Below, one piece after another: positions 1-8,861 of a stretch of DNA of 49,616 nucleotides (positions within the stretch are counted from its first letter, which is position 1; every line of letters starts with the position of its first letter). A program made the position numbers and the translations under genes. Origin of the DNA: an uncultured Eubacteriales bacterium (GTDB taxonomy: Bacteria; Acidobacteriota; Aminicenantia; Aminicenantales; UBA8522); NCBI GenBank assembly GCA_964408495.1, contig CAYOZW010000001.1, positions 1 through 49,616 on the forward strand. The letters run 5' to 3'. The notes below the pieces were generated by a model, which saw only the letters and a program-made list of their open reading frames with translations, made no database searches and was not told where the DNA came from.

Positions 1-2
1 CC

Positions 3-1115
3 GTCGAAGGGAAGACGGCCCTGGAAACGGCCCGGACGCCCCATCTTGACCGGCTGGCTTCCAAGGGGGCCTGCGGACTGACCGACCCCGTTTTCCGCGG
101 CATCACGCCGGGGAGCGGCCCTTCGCATCTGGCCCTCTTCGGCTATGATCCGCTGCGCCATCAGCTCGGCCGCGGCATTTTGGAAGCCCTCGGCTCGGGA
201 GTCGAGGTGGGCCGCAACGACCTGGTGGCCCGCGGCAACTACGCCACCCTCAAGGACAACCTGATCGTCGACCGCCGGGCCGGTCGGATCCCGACCTCCG
301 AAAACGAGAGAATCTGCCGCCGCTTGAATGAGTCTCTTCAACCCCCTCCCGGGATCCGGATCGCGCTTTTCCCGGGCAAGGAACACCGCTTCGTGGTGAA
401 GTTCAGCGGAGAAGGACTGAGCGACGCCCTGACCGACGCCGACCCCCAGAAGGACCACAAGCCGCCCGTCGCCGCTTCCGCGCTCTCTGCAGAAGCCACT
501 GAAACCGTCGCCGTGGTCAGCCATTTCATCGAAGAGGCCACCCGGATCCTGAGTGACGAGCCGGTCGCCAACACAGTCCTGCTCCGAGGTTTTTCCCGAT
601 TCCCGGCCATCCCGAGCATGTCCGAGCTCTACAAAATCCAACCCGCGGCCGTGGCCAATTACCCGATGTACAAGGGACTGGCCCGACTGCTCGGCATGGA
701 GGTCCTGCCCGTGGGAGGCGAAACGCGGGACCTTTTCGACGCCCTCGAATCCGGCTACAAAGATCATGATTTCTTCTACGTCCACTATAAAAAGACCGAC
801 GCGGCCGGCGAAGACGGGAGCTTCCCGGCCAAGGTCAAGGCCATCGAAGAGATCGACCCTTTCATCCCCCGGATCGAAGCCCTCGGCGCCGACGTGGTTG
901 CGGTCACGGCCGATCACTCCACACCTTGCCTCCTGAAGTCGCACTCCTGGCATCCCAATCCCTTCTTGCTTTCGGCCCGGTCGGCCATGCCGGATGATGT
1001 CTTGGCCTTCTCGGAGCGGGCCTGCAGCCGCGGTTTCCTGGGACGCTTTCCCGCCCTCCAGGCCATGCCGCTCCTTCTTGCCCACGCCGGCAAGCTCCAG
1101 AAATATGGGGCCTGA
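3..1115 (+). CDS. apgM: 2,3-bisphosphoglycerate-independent phosphoglycerate mutase, archaeal/ApgM type (5' end cut by window edge)
   Basis: The frame is open from nt 3, with no stop before the TTG at 180 used by the ORF track. Upstream residues GKTALETARTPHLDRLASKGACGL..PGSGPSHLALFGYDP and downstream VAVTADHSTP fit the ApgM metalloenzyme layout. Confidence 0.85.
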   Translation, partial: VEGKTALETARTPHLDRLASKGACGLTDPVFRGITPGSGPSHLALFGYDPLRHQLGRGILEALGSGVEVGRNDLVARGNYATLKDNLIVDRRAGRIPTSENERICRRLNESLQPPPGIRIALFPGKEHRFVVKFSGEGLSDALTDADPQKDHKPPVAASALSAEATETVAVVSHFIEEATRILSDEPVANTVLLRGFSRFPAIPSMSELYKIQPAAVANYPMYKGLARLLGMEVLPVGGETRDLFDALESGYKDHDFFYVHYKKTDAAGEDGSFPAKVKAIEEIDPFIPRIEALGADVVAVTADHSTPCLLKSHSWHPNPFLLSARSAMPDDVLAFSERACSRGFLGRFPALQAMPLLLAHAGKLQKYGA

Positions 1116-1129
1116 CAGGGAGCGATCAT

Positions 1130-1158
1130 TTGAATAAAACATATCTATTTTATATTAT
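1130..1158 (+). promoter_or_regulatory. sigma70-like promoter candidate for the amidase operon
   Basis: TTGAAT (1130-1135), 17-nt spacer, TATTAT (1153-1158), in an AT-rich gap just upstream of the next CDS. Confidence 0.4.
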
Positions 1159-1188
1159 AAGTAGGAATTGAGAGGCTCGGCTTTCGCG

Positions 1189-2373
1189 ATGACACCAAAA
1201 CACCCTTTCCCGGCCCTCTTAGCCGGCCTGTTTATGCTTTCATCCGCCTGGCCGTCGGGACAATCGACCGTCGAGGTTTATAACCTCCGCTCCTACACCC
1301 ACCCCACTCATACCCGGGTCGTCGTCGATATCGGGAAGCTGCGGGAATACTCCTCAGCCGAGCTTAAGGACCCCGACCGAATCTACATCGATATTCACCA
1401 GGCCCGCCTTAATCCCATCCTGCACGGGAAGGCTTTCGCTGCCCAATGCGATTACATCAAAGAGGTCCGGATCGCCCAGAAAAATGAGAAGACCGTCCGG
1501 GTGGTCGTTGAACTTGACTTTGCCAAGGTCGCCCGCTACCAGGTTTTTCCACTCTTGGATCCTTTCCGGCTCGTCCTCGACATCTACCCTAAAGACTCGC
1601 CTCCCCCGTCCAAGTCACCCGAGACACCGGCGGAAAAACCGGCCCAGCCTCCAGAGCCGACCAAGGCCGGCTACAGCATGGCCCGCCAGCTCGGCCTGGG
1701 CATCCGGCGGGTCGTCCTCGACCCCGGACACGGCGGCCAGGACCCGGGAGCGATCGGCCGGAAGGGTCAGAAGGAAAAGGACGTCGTCTTGGCCGTCGCC
1801 ACGGAGCTGAAGAATTTGCTCGTCGCCAACGGCCTGGAGGTGACCATGACGAGGGAGTCGGACATCTACGTCCCTCTTGAAAACAGAACGGTCATCGCCA
1901 ACCAGCAGAAGGCCGATCTCTTCGTCTCGATCCATGCCAACGCCAACCGCAACAGGAAGAAAAAGGGCGTCCAAACGTTCTACCTCAACTTCAGCCCCGA
2001 CCCGCAGGTGAACGAGATCGCCGCCATGGAGAACGCCACCTCCACCAAGACGATCGGCGCCATGCAGGACACCCTCAAAAAGATCGTCCAGAACAGCAAG
2101 ATCCTGGAATCGCGCGACCTGGCTCAGAAGATCCACGAAAACCTGGTTAGATCGTTATCCCGGCATTATTCCGGCGTGGAGAGCCTGGGTGTGCGGGGCG
2201 GTCCCTTCTGGGTGCTCATCGGCGGCGATATGCCTTCGGTGCTGGTCGAGATCTCTCACTTGAGCCATGCTCAGGAGGAAGAAAGGCTCAAGAGCACCGC
2301 CTACCGGAAGCAGGTGGCTCGGGGAATCTACGAAGGAATTCAGGAGTACATGCGCTCCTTAGGTAAAGGATAG
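1189..2373 (+). CDS. N-acetylmuramoyl-L-alanine amidase with N-terminal AMIN domain (AmiC-like)
   Basis: Signal peptide MTPKHPFPALLAGLFMLSSA. AMIN-like repeat (THTRVVVDI.., VRVVVELD), Pro-rich linker, then Amidase_3 motifs VVLDPGHGGQDPGA and VSIHANA. The ORF track starts at TTG 1168; ATG 1189 is preferred. Confidence 0.85.
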   Translation: MTPKHPFPALLAGLFMLSSAWPSGQSTVEVYNLRSYTHPTHTRVVVDIGKLREYSSAELKDPDRIYIDIHQARLNPILHGKAFAAQCDYIKEVRIAQKNEKTVRVVVELDFAKVARYQVFPLLDPFRLVLDIYPKDSPPPSKSPETPAEKPAQPPEPTKAGYSMARQLGLGIRRVVLDPGHGGQDPGAIGRKGQKEKDVVLAVATELKNLLVANGLEVTMTRESDIYVPLENRTVIANQQKADLFVSIHANANRNRKKKGVQTFYLNFSPDPQVNEIAAMENATSTKTIGAMQDTLKKIVQNSKILESRDLAQKIHENLVRSLSRHYSGVESLGVRGGPFWVLIGGDMPSVLVEISHLSHAQEEERLKSTAYRKQVARGIYEGIQEYMRSLGKG

Positions 2374-2377
2374 TCAG

Positions 2378-3265
2378 ATGAACAGACGCGATTTCATGAA
2401 GGACCTGGCGCTGGGCGGGGCGCTTCTGCGCTTCGGCCCCCCGCTCCTGGCCCGGGCCGGCGCCGCGCCGGACATGGCCATAGTCACCGGCGACTCTCCC
2501 GCCGCCATCACCACCGAGGCGCTGGCGGCCCTGGGCGGGATGAAGCGTTTCATCGCCAAGGGCGACAAGGTCATGATCAAACCGAACATCGGCTGGGACC
2601 GGACGCCGGAACTCGCCGCCACGACTAACCCCGAGGTCATCAAGACTTTGGTCGAACTGTGTCTTAATGCCGGGGCCAAAGAAGTCACCGTCATGGACCA
2701 CACGACCAACCAGGCCCAGCGTTGTTATGCCCGCTCCGGCATCGCCGAGGCGGCCAAGGCCGGCGGCGCCAAGGTCCCCTTCGTCAATGAATACCATCTG
2801 AAGAAGATGGCGCTTGGGGGCGACTGGCTCAAGGAATGGCAGGTCTACACCGATTTCGTCGAGGCGGACAAACTCATCAATGTCCCCATCGCCAAGCACC
2901 ACAGCCTCTCACGCCTGACCATGGGCATGAAGAACTGGCTGGGCGCCATCGGCGGCGCCCGCAACCAGCTCCACCAGAAGCTCGACGAGGCCATGGTCGA
3001 CCTGGCGGCTTTCTTCAAGCCCCAGTTGACCGTGCTCGACGCCTACCGGGTTTTGACCCGCAACGGCCCCCAGGGAGGACGGACATCGGACGCCAAGCTC
3101 CAGAAGACCGTCATCGCCAGCATCGACCCGGTCGCTGCCGATACGGCCGGGGCCGGCTTCTTCGACATCCGGCCGGAAGACCTAGTCTATCTCGGGATCG
3201 CCGCCCGCCGCGGGTTGGGCCGGACCCACCTGGAGAAATTAACCATTGAAAAAAGAGCGGTCTAA
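2378..3265 (+). CDS. DUF362 domain protein with twin-arginine (Tat) signal
   Basis: N-terminus MNRRDFMKDLALGGALL matches the Tat consensus. The body (KGDKVMIKPNIGW.., INVPIAKHH, LTVLDAYRV..NGP) looks like DUF362. Confidence 0.8.
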   Translation: MNRRDFMKDLALGGALLRFGPPLLARAGAAPDMAIVTGDSPAAITTEALAALGGMKRFIAKGDKVMIKPNIGWDRTPELAATTNPEVIKTLVELCLNAGAKEVTVMDHTTNQAQRCYARSGIAEAAKAGGAKVPFVNEYHLKKMALGGDWLKEWQVYTDFVEADKLINVPIAKHHSLSRLTMGMKNWLGAIGGARNQLHQKLDEAMVDLAAFFKPQLTVLDAYRVLTRNGPQGGRTSDAKLQKTVIASIDPVAADTAGAGFFDIRPEDLVYLGIAARRGLGRTHLEKLTIEKRAV

Positions 3266-4868
3266 AAAATACCGGGCTCTTCAACTCATCCGCATCTTCA
3301 GTCAGGCCGTTTTCTTCGGCCTCTTTTTCTATTTCTTGCTGAGGACGCATTTCAGCGGCGAAGATTATATCGGCCGGGTGGAAGTCTTTTTCCATTTCGA
3401 CCCCCTGCTCGCTATCACCACGGCCATCGCCTCGCGGGTCCTCTTCGCCTCGTTCATCCTGGCCGCGATCACCATTGTCGTCACCCTGGTCGCCGGACGG
3501 TTTGTCTGCGGCTGGGTTTGCCCGCTGGGCTCCGTCCACCAATTCTTTTCCTATATCTTTAAGAAGTCCAAGCTCCTCAAGCCGCGCAAAGAGCACCGGA
3601 GCCGAAGCCGCCTTGCCTGGAAATACCTGATCCTGATCGGCGTCCTCGTGGCCAGCCTCTTCGCCGTCGACCTGGTAGGATTCGCCGACCCCCTGTCTTT
3701 CCTCTATCGTTCGTTCGCCACCGCCGTTGTCCCGGTGCTCGCCCGTATCGGCGCGGCCTTCACGGGCCTTCTCTACGGACTGAAGCTTCCCTCTTTCGGC
3801 GATGCGGCCGCCCAGTTTTTCGGCACCCTCTCCCTCAACCAGACCTACCAGCAGGGGTTTTTCCTCGGCCTGGTCTTCCTCGGAGTCGTCCTGCTCAACA
3901 TCTCCAAGGAAAGGTTCTGGTGCCGGTACCTCTGTCCGGCCGGAGCGCTCCTCGGGCTCCTGGCCCGCTGGAACGTGCCCAAGGTGCGCATCGACATGGA
4001 GAAATGCATCGAGTGCAACCTCTGCACTCTCCACTGTCAGACCCAGGCCAACCCCTATCCAAACGAAGAGTGGCGGAGTTCGGAGTGCGTCTACTGCTAC
4101 ACCTGCGCGGCCATCTGCCCCACCAACGCCGTCCGGTTCCCGGTGAAGGCCGCACCCGAGAAGATAGAGTCCGTCAATCTTTCGCGGCGGAAGCTCATCT
4201 TCACTTCGGCGCTGGCGGTGGTCGCCGCGCCGTTCTTCAAGATCACCCCGGCCGCCAAGCGGGCCGCGGCCAAGCTCATCCGCCCGCCCGGGGCGCTCCC
4301 TGAGCCCCGTTTCCTCCAGAAGTGCGTCAAGTGCGGCGAATGCATGAAGGCCTGCCCGACCAACGCCCTGCAACCAGCCCTGAACGAAGCCGGTCCCGAA
4401 GGCATCTGGACCCCGGTCCTGAGGCCACGGATCGGCTACTGCGAGTACTACTGCTCGCTCTGCACCCAGGTCTGTCCGACCGGGGCCATCCAGGAACTGA
4501 CCATCGAGGAGAAGATCAAGGTCAAGATCGGGACGGCCTGGGTTAACAAGAGCCGCTGCATCCCCTACGTGCTGGGCTCGCCCTGCATTGTCTGCGAAGA
4601 GCACTGCCCGACATCTCCCAAGGCCATCAAGCTGGTCCGGACCGAGGTCCAGCTCATCGACGGGACGGTCCTGACCCCGCTGGCGCCGGTCATCGACCTC
4701 GACCTCTGCATCGGCTGCGGGATCTGCGAGAACAAGTGCCCGGTGGTCGACGACCCGGCTATTTTCTGCACCAGCGTCGGCGAGACGCGGTCCGAAAAGA
4801 ACCGTCTTCTGCTCGATCTCATTAAGCCGGAAACACCGCCGGGGGAGCCATCCGATCCCTATCGATAA
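3246..4868 (+). CDS. membrane-anchored polyferredoxin (NapH-like TM/CxxxCP part fused to NapG-like multi-[4Fe-4S] part)
   Basis: Several TM segments. Motifs CGWVCPLG and CRYLCPAG are NapH/MauN-like. Six CxxCxxCxxxCP-type cluster motifs follow (CIECNLCTLHC, CVYCYTCAAICP, CVKCGECMKACP, CSLCTQVCP, CIVCEEHCP, CIGCGICENKCP). LIRPPGAL resembles NapG. Overlaps the DUF362 gene by 20 nt. Confidence 0.85.
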   Translation: MKKERSKKYRALQLIRIFSQAVFFGLFFYFLLRTHFSGEDYIGRVEVFFHFDPLLAITTAIASRVLFASFILAAITIVVTLVAGRFVCGWVCPLGSVHQFFSYIFKKSKLLKPRKEHRSRSRLAWKYLILIGVLVASLFAVDLVGFADPLSFLYRSFATAVVPVLARIGAAFTGLLYGLKLPSFGDAAAQFFGTLSLNQTYQQGFFLGLVFLGVVLLNISKERFWCRYLCPAGALLGLLARWNVPKVRIDMEKCIECNLCTLHCQTQANPYPNEEWRSSECVYCYTCAAICPTNAVRFPVKAAPEKIESVNLSRRKLIFTSALAVVAAPFFKITPAAKRAAAKLIRPPGALPEPRFLQKCVKCGECMKACPTNALQPALNEAGPEGIWTPVLRPRIGYCEYYCSLCTQVCPTGAIQELTIEEKIKVKIGTAWVNKSRCIPYVLGSPCIVCEEHCPTSPKAIKLVRTEVQLIDGTVLTPLAPVIDLDLCIGCGICENKCPVVDDPAIFCTSVGETRSEKNRLLLDLIKPETPPGEPSDPYR

Positions 4869-4897
4869 GTGCCGATAATCAATTTTAAAGAAGAGCG

Positions 4898-5536
4898 GTG
4901 CGCGAACTCATCCACAAAGCCAAACCGATATTCGTTATCCTCCTCATGGTCTTTGTTCTAAGCTATGCAGCCGGCTACATTGCCGGCCAGCTGAACTGGG
5001 CCGATGCTCAGTCTCTCCAGCAAAGCCCGGTCTTGAAGCTCTCCAGCAACCTTGAGTATAAAGTCCCGGGCTATTCGCAGCTCCTCAAGGCATACAAGGC
5101 CTGGCACGACAAGTGCCTGCTCGGCTATCTCTTCCAGAAAAATGCCTGGGAACTGGGAACGCTAATCTTTATCAACAATTTCTTTGTGGCCAACCTGACC
5201 ATGTTCATCCGCGCCCTGTTTGTTTTGCCCATTACCCTGACGGTCTTCGGAAAATTCTTCCAGGGCGTCGTCTTTGCCCAGGTATCGTCCAGCGGCCGGA
5301 TGGCGAGCATTTTCCTTCTGGAATTCGGCGGCTACTTCCTGACGATCGGGGCGACGCTCAACCTGGTTTTTTGGACGATCCTCCCGCGGGCATTCCGGTT
5401 CGAGAACCGCAAGAAAGCGTTGATTTCGGGCTTGAAGCTCCTGGGCGTGGCCTATCTTCTCTCCGGCGTCGCCATACTGCTGGGCAGCATCCTGGAGACG
5501 CGGTTCATCCTCCGCTTTTTCAGCGGGAGTCAATAA
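4898..5536 (+). CDS. polytopic membrane protein, tentatively SpoIIM/DUF95-like
   Basis: About 5 hydrophobic segments. The stretch LIFINNFFVANL..GKFFQGVVF is reminiscent of the DUF95 signature. GTG start. The function call is weak. Confidence 0.6.
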   Translation: MRELIHKAKPIFVILLMVFVLSYAAGYIAGQLNWADAQSLQQSPVLKLSSNLEYKVPGYSQLLKAYKAWHDKCLLGYLFQKNAWELGTLIFINNFFVANLTMFIRALFVLPITLTVFGKFFQGVVFAQVSSSGRMASIFLLEFGGYFLTIGATLNLVFWTILPRAFRFENRKKALISGLKLLGVAYLLSGVAILLGSILETRFILRFFSGSQ

Positions 5537-5552
5537 AAAACGAGGAATCGAA

Positions 5553-6620
5553 ATGAAAAAAACAGCCGTCTTTATCCTGATCACGGGCTTGGTGCTTATG
5601 TTTCTTCCAGCCTGCGCGCCCAAAGTCGCACCCAGGGCCGTGCCGCGAACGCAGCCGCTCTGGCTCGGCCTCCATGTCCTCATCGAGAGCAAGGCGGCCG
5701 TGGAGGCGCTTATCACCGAGCTCCCCGCGCTGGCAGAGGTCGGTGTCAACCTGTTGATCTTCGAAGTGGACTACAACTATGAATATGTTTCTCATCCCGA
5801 GCTCCGGGGCGAAGATCCGATCTCCCGGGAGACCGTCAAGAAGGTCGTCCGGTTCTGCCGCGACCACAAGATTCGTCTGGTCCCCGAGTTTCAGTCCATG
5901 GGCCACCAGTCCTGGGCGGAAAAGACCTATTCGCTCTTGGTCAAGTACCCGCACCTCGACGAATCTCCGGGCAAATACCCCGGGAACAAGGGTATGGACC
6001 CATGGGGGACCGAATTCTATTGCCGGAGCTGGTGCCCGCTCCATCCAGAGGTCAACCCCATCATCTTCGCCCTCTACGACGAGCTCATCGAGGTCTTTGA
6101 AGCAGACGCCCTGCACGTCGGGATGGACGAGGTGTTTATCATCGCCGACGCCGATTGTCCGCGCTGTGCCGGGAAGCCTACGGCGGAGCTCTTCGCTAAG
6201 GCGGTCAATGATTACTACCAGCACCTGGTCAAGGAGCGCGGGGTCGAGATGATGATGTGGGGGGACCGCCTGCTCGACGGGGCCGCGACGGGCTACGGGA
6301 AGTGGGAGGCGTCAATGAACGGGACCCAGCGGGCAGTCGATCTTATTCCTAAAGACATCATTATCTGCGACTGGCATTACGAACGGATGAAGTCCTACCC
6401 GTCGATCCCTTTCTTCCTGAACAAAGGCTTCCGCGTTCTGCCAGCGAGCTTCCGGGACGTCAAGCAGACCAGGAAGCTGATCGACTTTTCGCTGGCTTTT
6501 CCCTCGGAAGGGATGCTGGGGCATCTCTGCACCATCTGGAACGCCCCGGAGAAGGGCAAGACCTCCCGTTGGCCTCCCCTCCTTGCCGCCGCCGAGAAGC
6601 TTCGGAAAATTGGCCCCTAA
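5553..6620 (+). CDS. lipoprotein, glycoside hydrolase family 20-like catalytic (TIM-barrel) domain
   Basis: Lipobox LMFLPAC. VPEFQSMGH and ALHVGMDEV resemble the GH20 H-x-G-x-D-E region. GAGGA Shine-Dalgarno upstream. Confidence 0.7.
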   Translation: MKKTAVFILITGLVLMFLPACAPKVAPRAVPRTQPLWLGLHVLIESKAAVEALITELPALAEVGVNLLIFEVDYNYEYVSHPELRGEDPISRETVKKVVRFCRDHKIRLVPEFQSMGHQSWAEKTYSLLVKYPHLDESPGKYPGNKGMDPWGTEFYCRSWCPLHPEVNPIIFALYDELIEVFEADALHVGMDEVFIIADADCPRCAGKPTAELFAKAVNDYYQHLVKERGVEMMMWGDRLLDGAATGYGKWEASMNGTQRAVDLIPKDIIICDWHYERMKSYPSIPFFLNKGFRVLPASFRDVKQTRKLIDFSLAFPSEGMLGHLCTIWNAPEKGKTSRWPPLLAAAEKLRKIGP

Positions 6621-6629
6621 CCAGAAACA

Positions 6630-6983
6630 ATGCCCGGGGTCAGGACCAACCTGTGGAAACTCTATGCCTACAAGTTCATCAGCGAGTTCTACCTGGTTGT
6701 CCCCATCCTGATTCCTTATTATGTATCCCACGGCTTGAGTTCCACCCAGGTCTTCACCATCCAGGCGGCCTACGCGCTGGCCGTGCTCCTGCTCGAGGTG
6801 CCCTCGGGCTACCTGGCTGACGTTATCGGTCGCCGAGCAACCCTCATCCTCGGCACTTGCTTTCTTGTAGGCATGACCCTTGTGCTCGTCTCGCTATCGA
6901 GGCGTCATCCCGGCGTTTTTGACACAAAGAGCCCGCCCGAGAACCCGGCTGATGACAATCCGGGTGCTCTGAACGTCTCCTAG
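6630..6983 (+). pseudogene. truncated MFS transporter (N-terminal ~90 aa only)
   Basis: MFS motif A-like LEVPSGYLADVIGRR after TM1-2. The ORF ends at 117 aa, whereas MFS proteins are about 400 aa. No continuation in any + frame. The stop lies 2 nt from the stop of the convergent gene. Confidence 0.55.
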
Positions 6984-6985
6984 TT

Positions 6986-8653
6986 TCAGGGTCTTTTCGG
7001 CGGTCTCGAAAGCGGCTTTCCTACCCATGGAAGCCCGCTTTTCGATTCCGCCGGGCGCGCCGGCGACGCATACCAGAACGCCGTGGCCCCCCAGACCGGG
7101 TGGCCCACTGAAATTCGCCGGACGGCTTCGAGCCCTCCCCCCATCTCCTCCTCGACGACCCGGATGCTCCGTTCAAATTGAAAGGCATCGTTCAGGTGGA
7201 AGGAATAGACCATCGGGTGACCGGGACGCAGGGTGACGAAACCGGAGACCGCCTTCCGGTCGAACTGACACCAGCCGCTGTTGAAATATTCCTCACTGCC
7301 CGTTCCATGATAGCTCGGCGGCCAACCGTCTTCGTCGGTCCAGATCAGCCAGTCGCCCTCCCCCCACCAGGTTTCATCGGGCCAGGCGACGTGCAGCATG
7401 ACTCCGACGTACTTGCCCCTGCCTCGGCGGTCCAGGACGACGTTCCCCGGGGCGTTGAGGGGTCCGAACTTCGGCACGGCTTCCGTCGCCGCTCGGTGCT
7501 CGGACCAAGTCGCATGGAACCGGCCCCAGTCGGCGGGCAGACGGTCCGATTTCTCCACCTCAAGTCGAACCCGAAGCTGAGGAAGCGTCACCGGCGACTC
7601 GTTCACGAACTCCAGAACAGCCCCCCTCGCGAACGGCATGGGGAAACAGGTGTAAGCCTCGGCTCCGCAATAACCCATGAACAGAGAAAAGAAATCGGTC
7701 CGATAGGAGGCCCGATCGGTCGGGCGCCGTCCGACGACCGCGGCGACGCTCGTCGCCTCACGACCGCCTTCCCCACAAGCGTTCCCGAAAAAATACCCCG
7801 CGGGCACGTCCACGCTCGGCCAAGCCGCCCCGTCGTAAAAAATCCGCAATCGCAACCCGAGCAAGGCTTCGGGTGTCGGAGGATCGACGAGGACGCGCAT
7901 CCGGCGGATGACCCCGCAGCCGCTCAACTGGATCATCTCTGTCTCTCCCGCTTTCAGGGACAAGGTCCGGTCGACCGAGGGCTTTTCAGAGAATGCCGGC
8001 GGAGCCGATTCGGCTTCCAGCCAGGCCTGAGAAGTCTTCTCAATTTCCGCCCGTTCGGCATCGCCCGGCGGCCAGGACAGACTCTTGACCTCGACCCCCT
8101 TGGGATAGGTCGTATACACAACTTGCCAATAGTTGCTCCAGCCGCGGGGGTTCCAATCCGGCTTCCCATAATCGGGATTGACCAGCTGAATCCGGCAGTG
8201 TTTTGAATACGGGATCGGGAACAGAGTCCCTGGGTAGCTCTTGAAAAAGACCAAAGGATAAGGGATGGGACCATGCTCGTCATCAAAATATTCAAGTATC
8301 GGCAGGTCGAAGATGGGCGTTTCGGCGCCGTCGAGATAAACCTGGATCCGTGTCCCGGCCTGCTCGGGACCGAGCCTTCCCACGAAAAGACGATGAACGC
8401 ATCCGGGGCCATCCACATCCAGGAGGATGTTCCGCCCGTCGCTTTCGATCCTTTTAAAATCGGTTCCGTCGGCGTTGGCCCCCGTCCGGTCCCAGGTGCT
8501 CGACATGGCGGTGTGGGAGGCCTCAAGCGCCGGCAGCCGGTCGAGGGATCTCATCTGCCGGAGGAACCAGCTCAGGTCCCGGACTGGTCCGCTGCTCAGC
8601 GGAATGGATCCAAGGGAAATCACCGCCGCAAACAGGGGAATCAAATGAAACAT
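6986..8653 (-). CDS. DUF2961 / glycoside hydrolase family 172-like secreted protein
   Basis: Signal peptide. SSTWDRTGANADGTDF.., GPGCVHRLF and beta-jelly-roll-like repeats are typical of DUF2961. Confidence 0.8.
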   Translation of the reverse strand: MFHLIPLFAAVISLGSIPLSSGPVRDLSWFLRQMRSLDRLPALEASHTAMSSTWDRTGANADGTDFKRIESDGRNILLDVDGPGCVHRLFVGRLGPEQAGTRIQVYLDGAETPIFDLPILEYFDDEHGPIPYPLVFFKSYPGTLFPIPYSKHCRIQLVNPDYGKPDWNPRGWSNYWQVVYTTYPKGVEVKSLSWPPGDAERAEIEKTSQAWLEAESAPPAFSEKPSVDRTLSLKAGETEMIQLSGCGVIRRMRVLVDPPTPEALLGLRLRIFYDGAAWPSVDVPAGYFFGNACGEGGREATSVAAVVGRRPTDRASYRTDFFSLFMGYCGAEAYTCFPMPFARGAVLEFVNESPVTLPQLRVRLEVEKSDRLPADWGRFHATWSEHRAATEAVPKFGPLNAPGNVVLDRRGRGKYVGVMLHVAWPDETWWGEGDWLIWTDEDGWPPSYHGTGSEEYFNSGWCQFDRKAVSGFVTLRPGHPMVYSFHLNDAFQFERSIRVVEEEMGGGLEAVRRISVGHPVWGATAFWYASPARPAESKSGLPWVGKPLSRPPKRP

Positions 8654-8861
8654 GAACGCCTCCCGGGCGGAATATGGAGAGAGGGGGGCCGCCCTCCTCT
8701 ATGTGTTTTCGACCTCAGGATAGCCTCCATCCGGCGCGGGGGTCAACCCCCGCCGAGGTTTCGCTAGTTTTTTATCCTAAAACCCCTATATAATCGTATT
8801 AAATAAGAATGTCACCGACTGGATCAAAAACGCTAAGCAGAAATCCCATCAGGAGGTTCTG

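Noticed and set aside
3111-4604. 497-aa ORF on the minus strand.
   Set aside because: It is fully antisense to the polyferredoxin gene, which has six clear Fe-S motifs. The translation is R/G/D/E/P-rich low complexity with no motif. This is a typical shadow ORF of GC-rich DNA.
8736-8773. GC hairpin plus distal T-run as a rho-independent terminator feature.
   Set aside because: The T-run lies 14 nt from the stem and there is no upstream co-oriented gene. It is mentioned only as context for the low-GC hydrolase finding.
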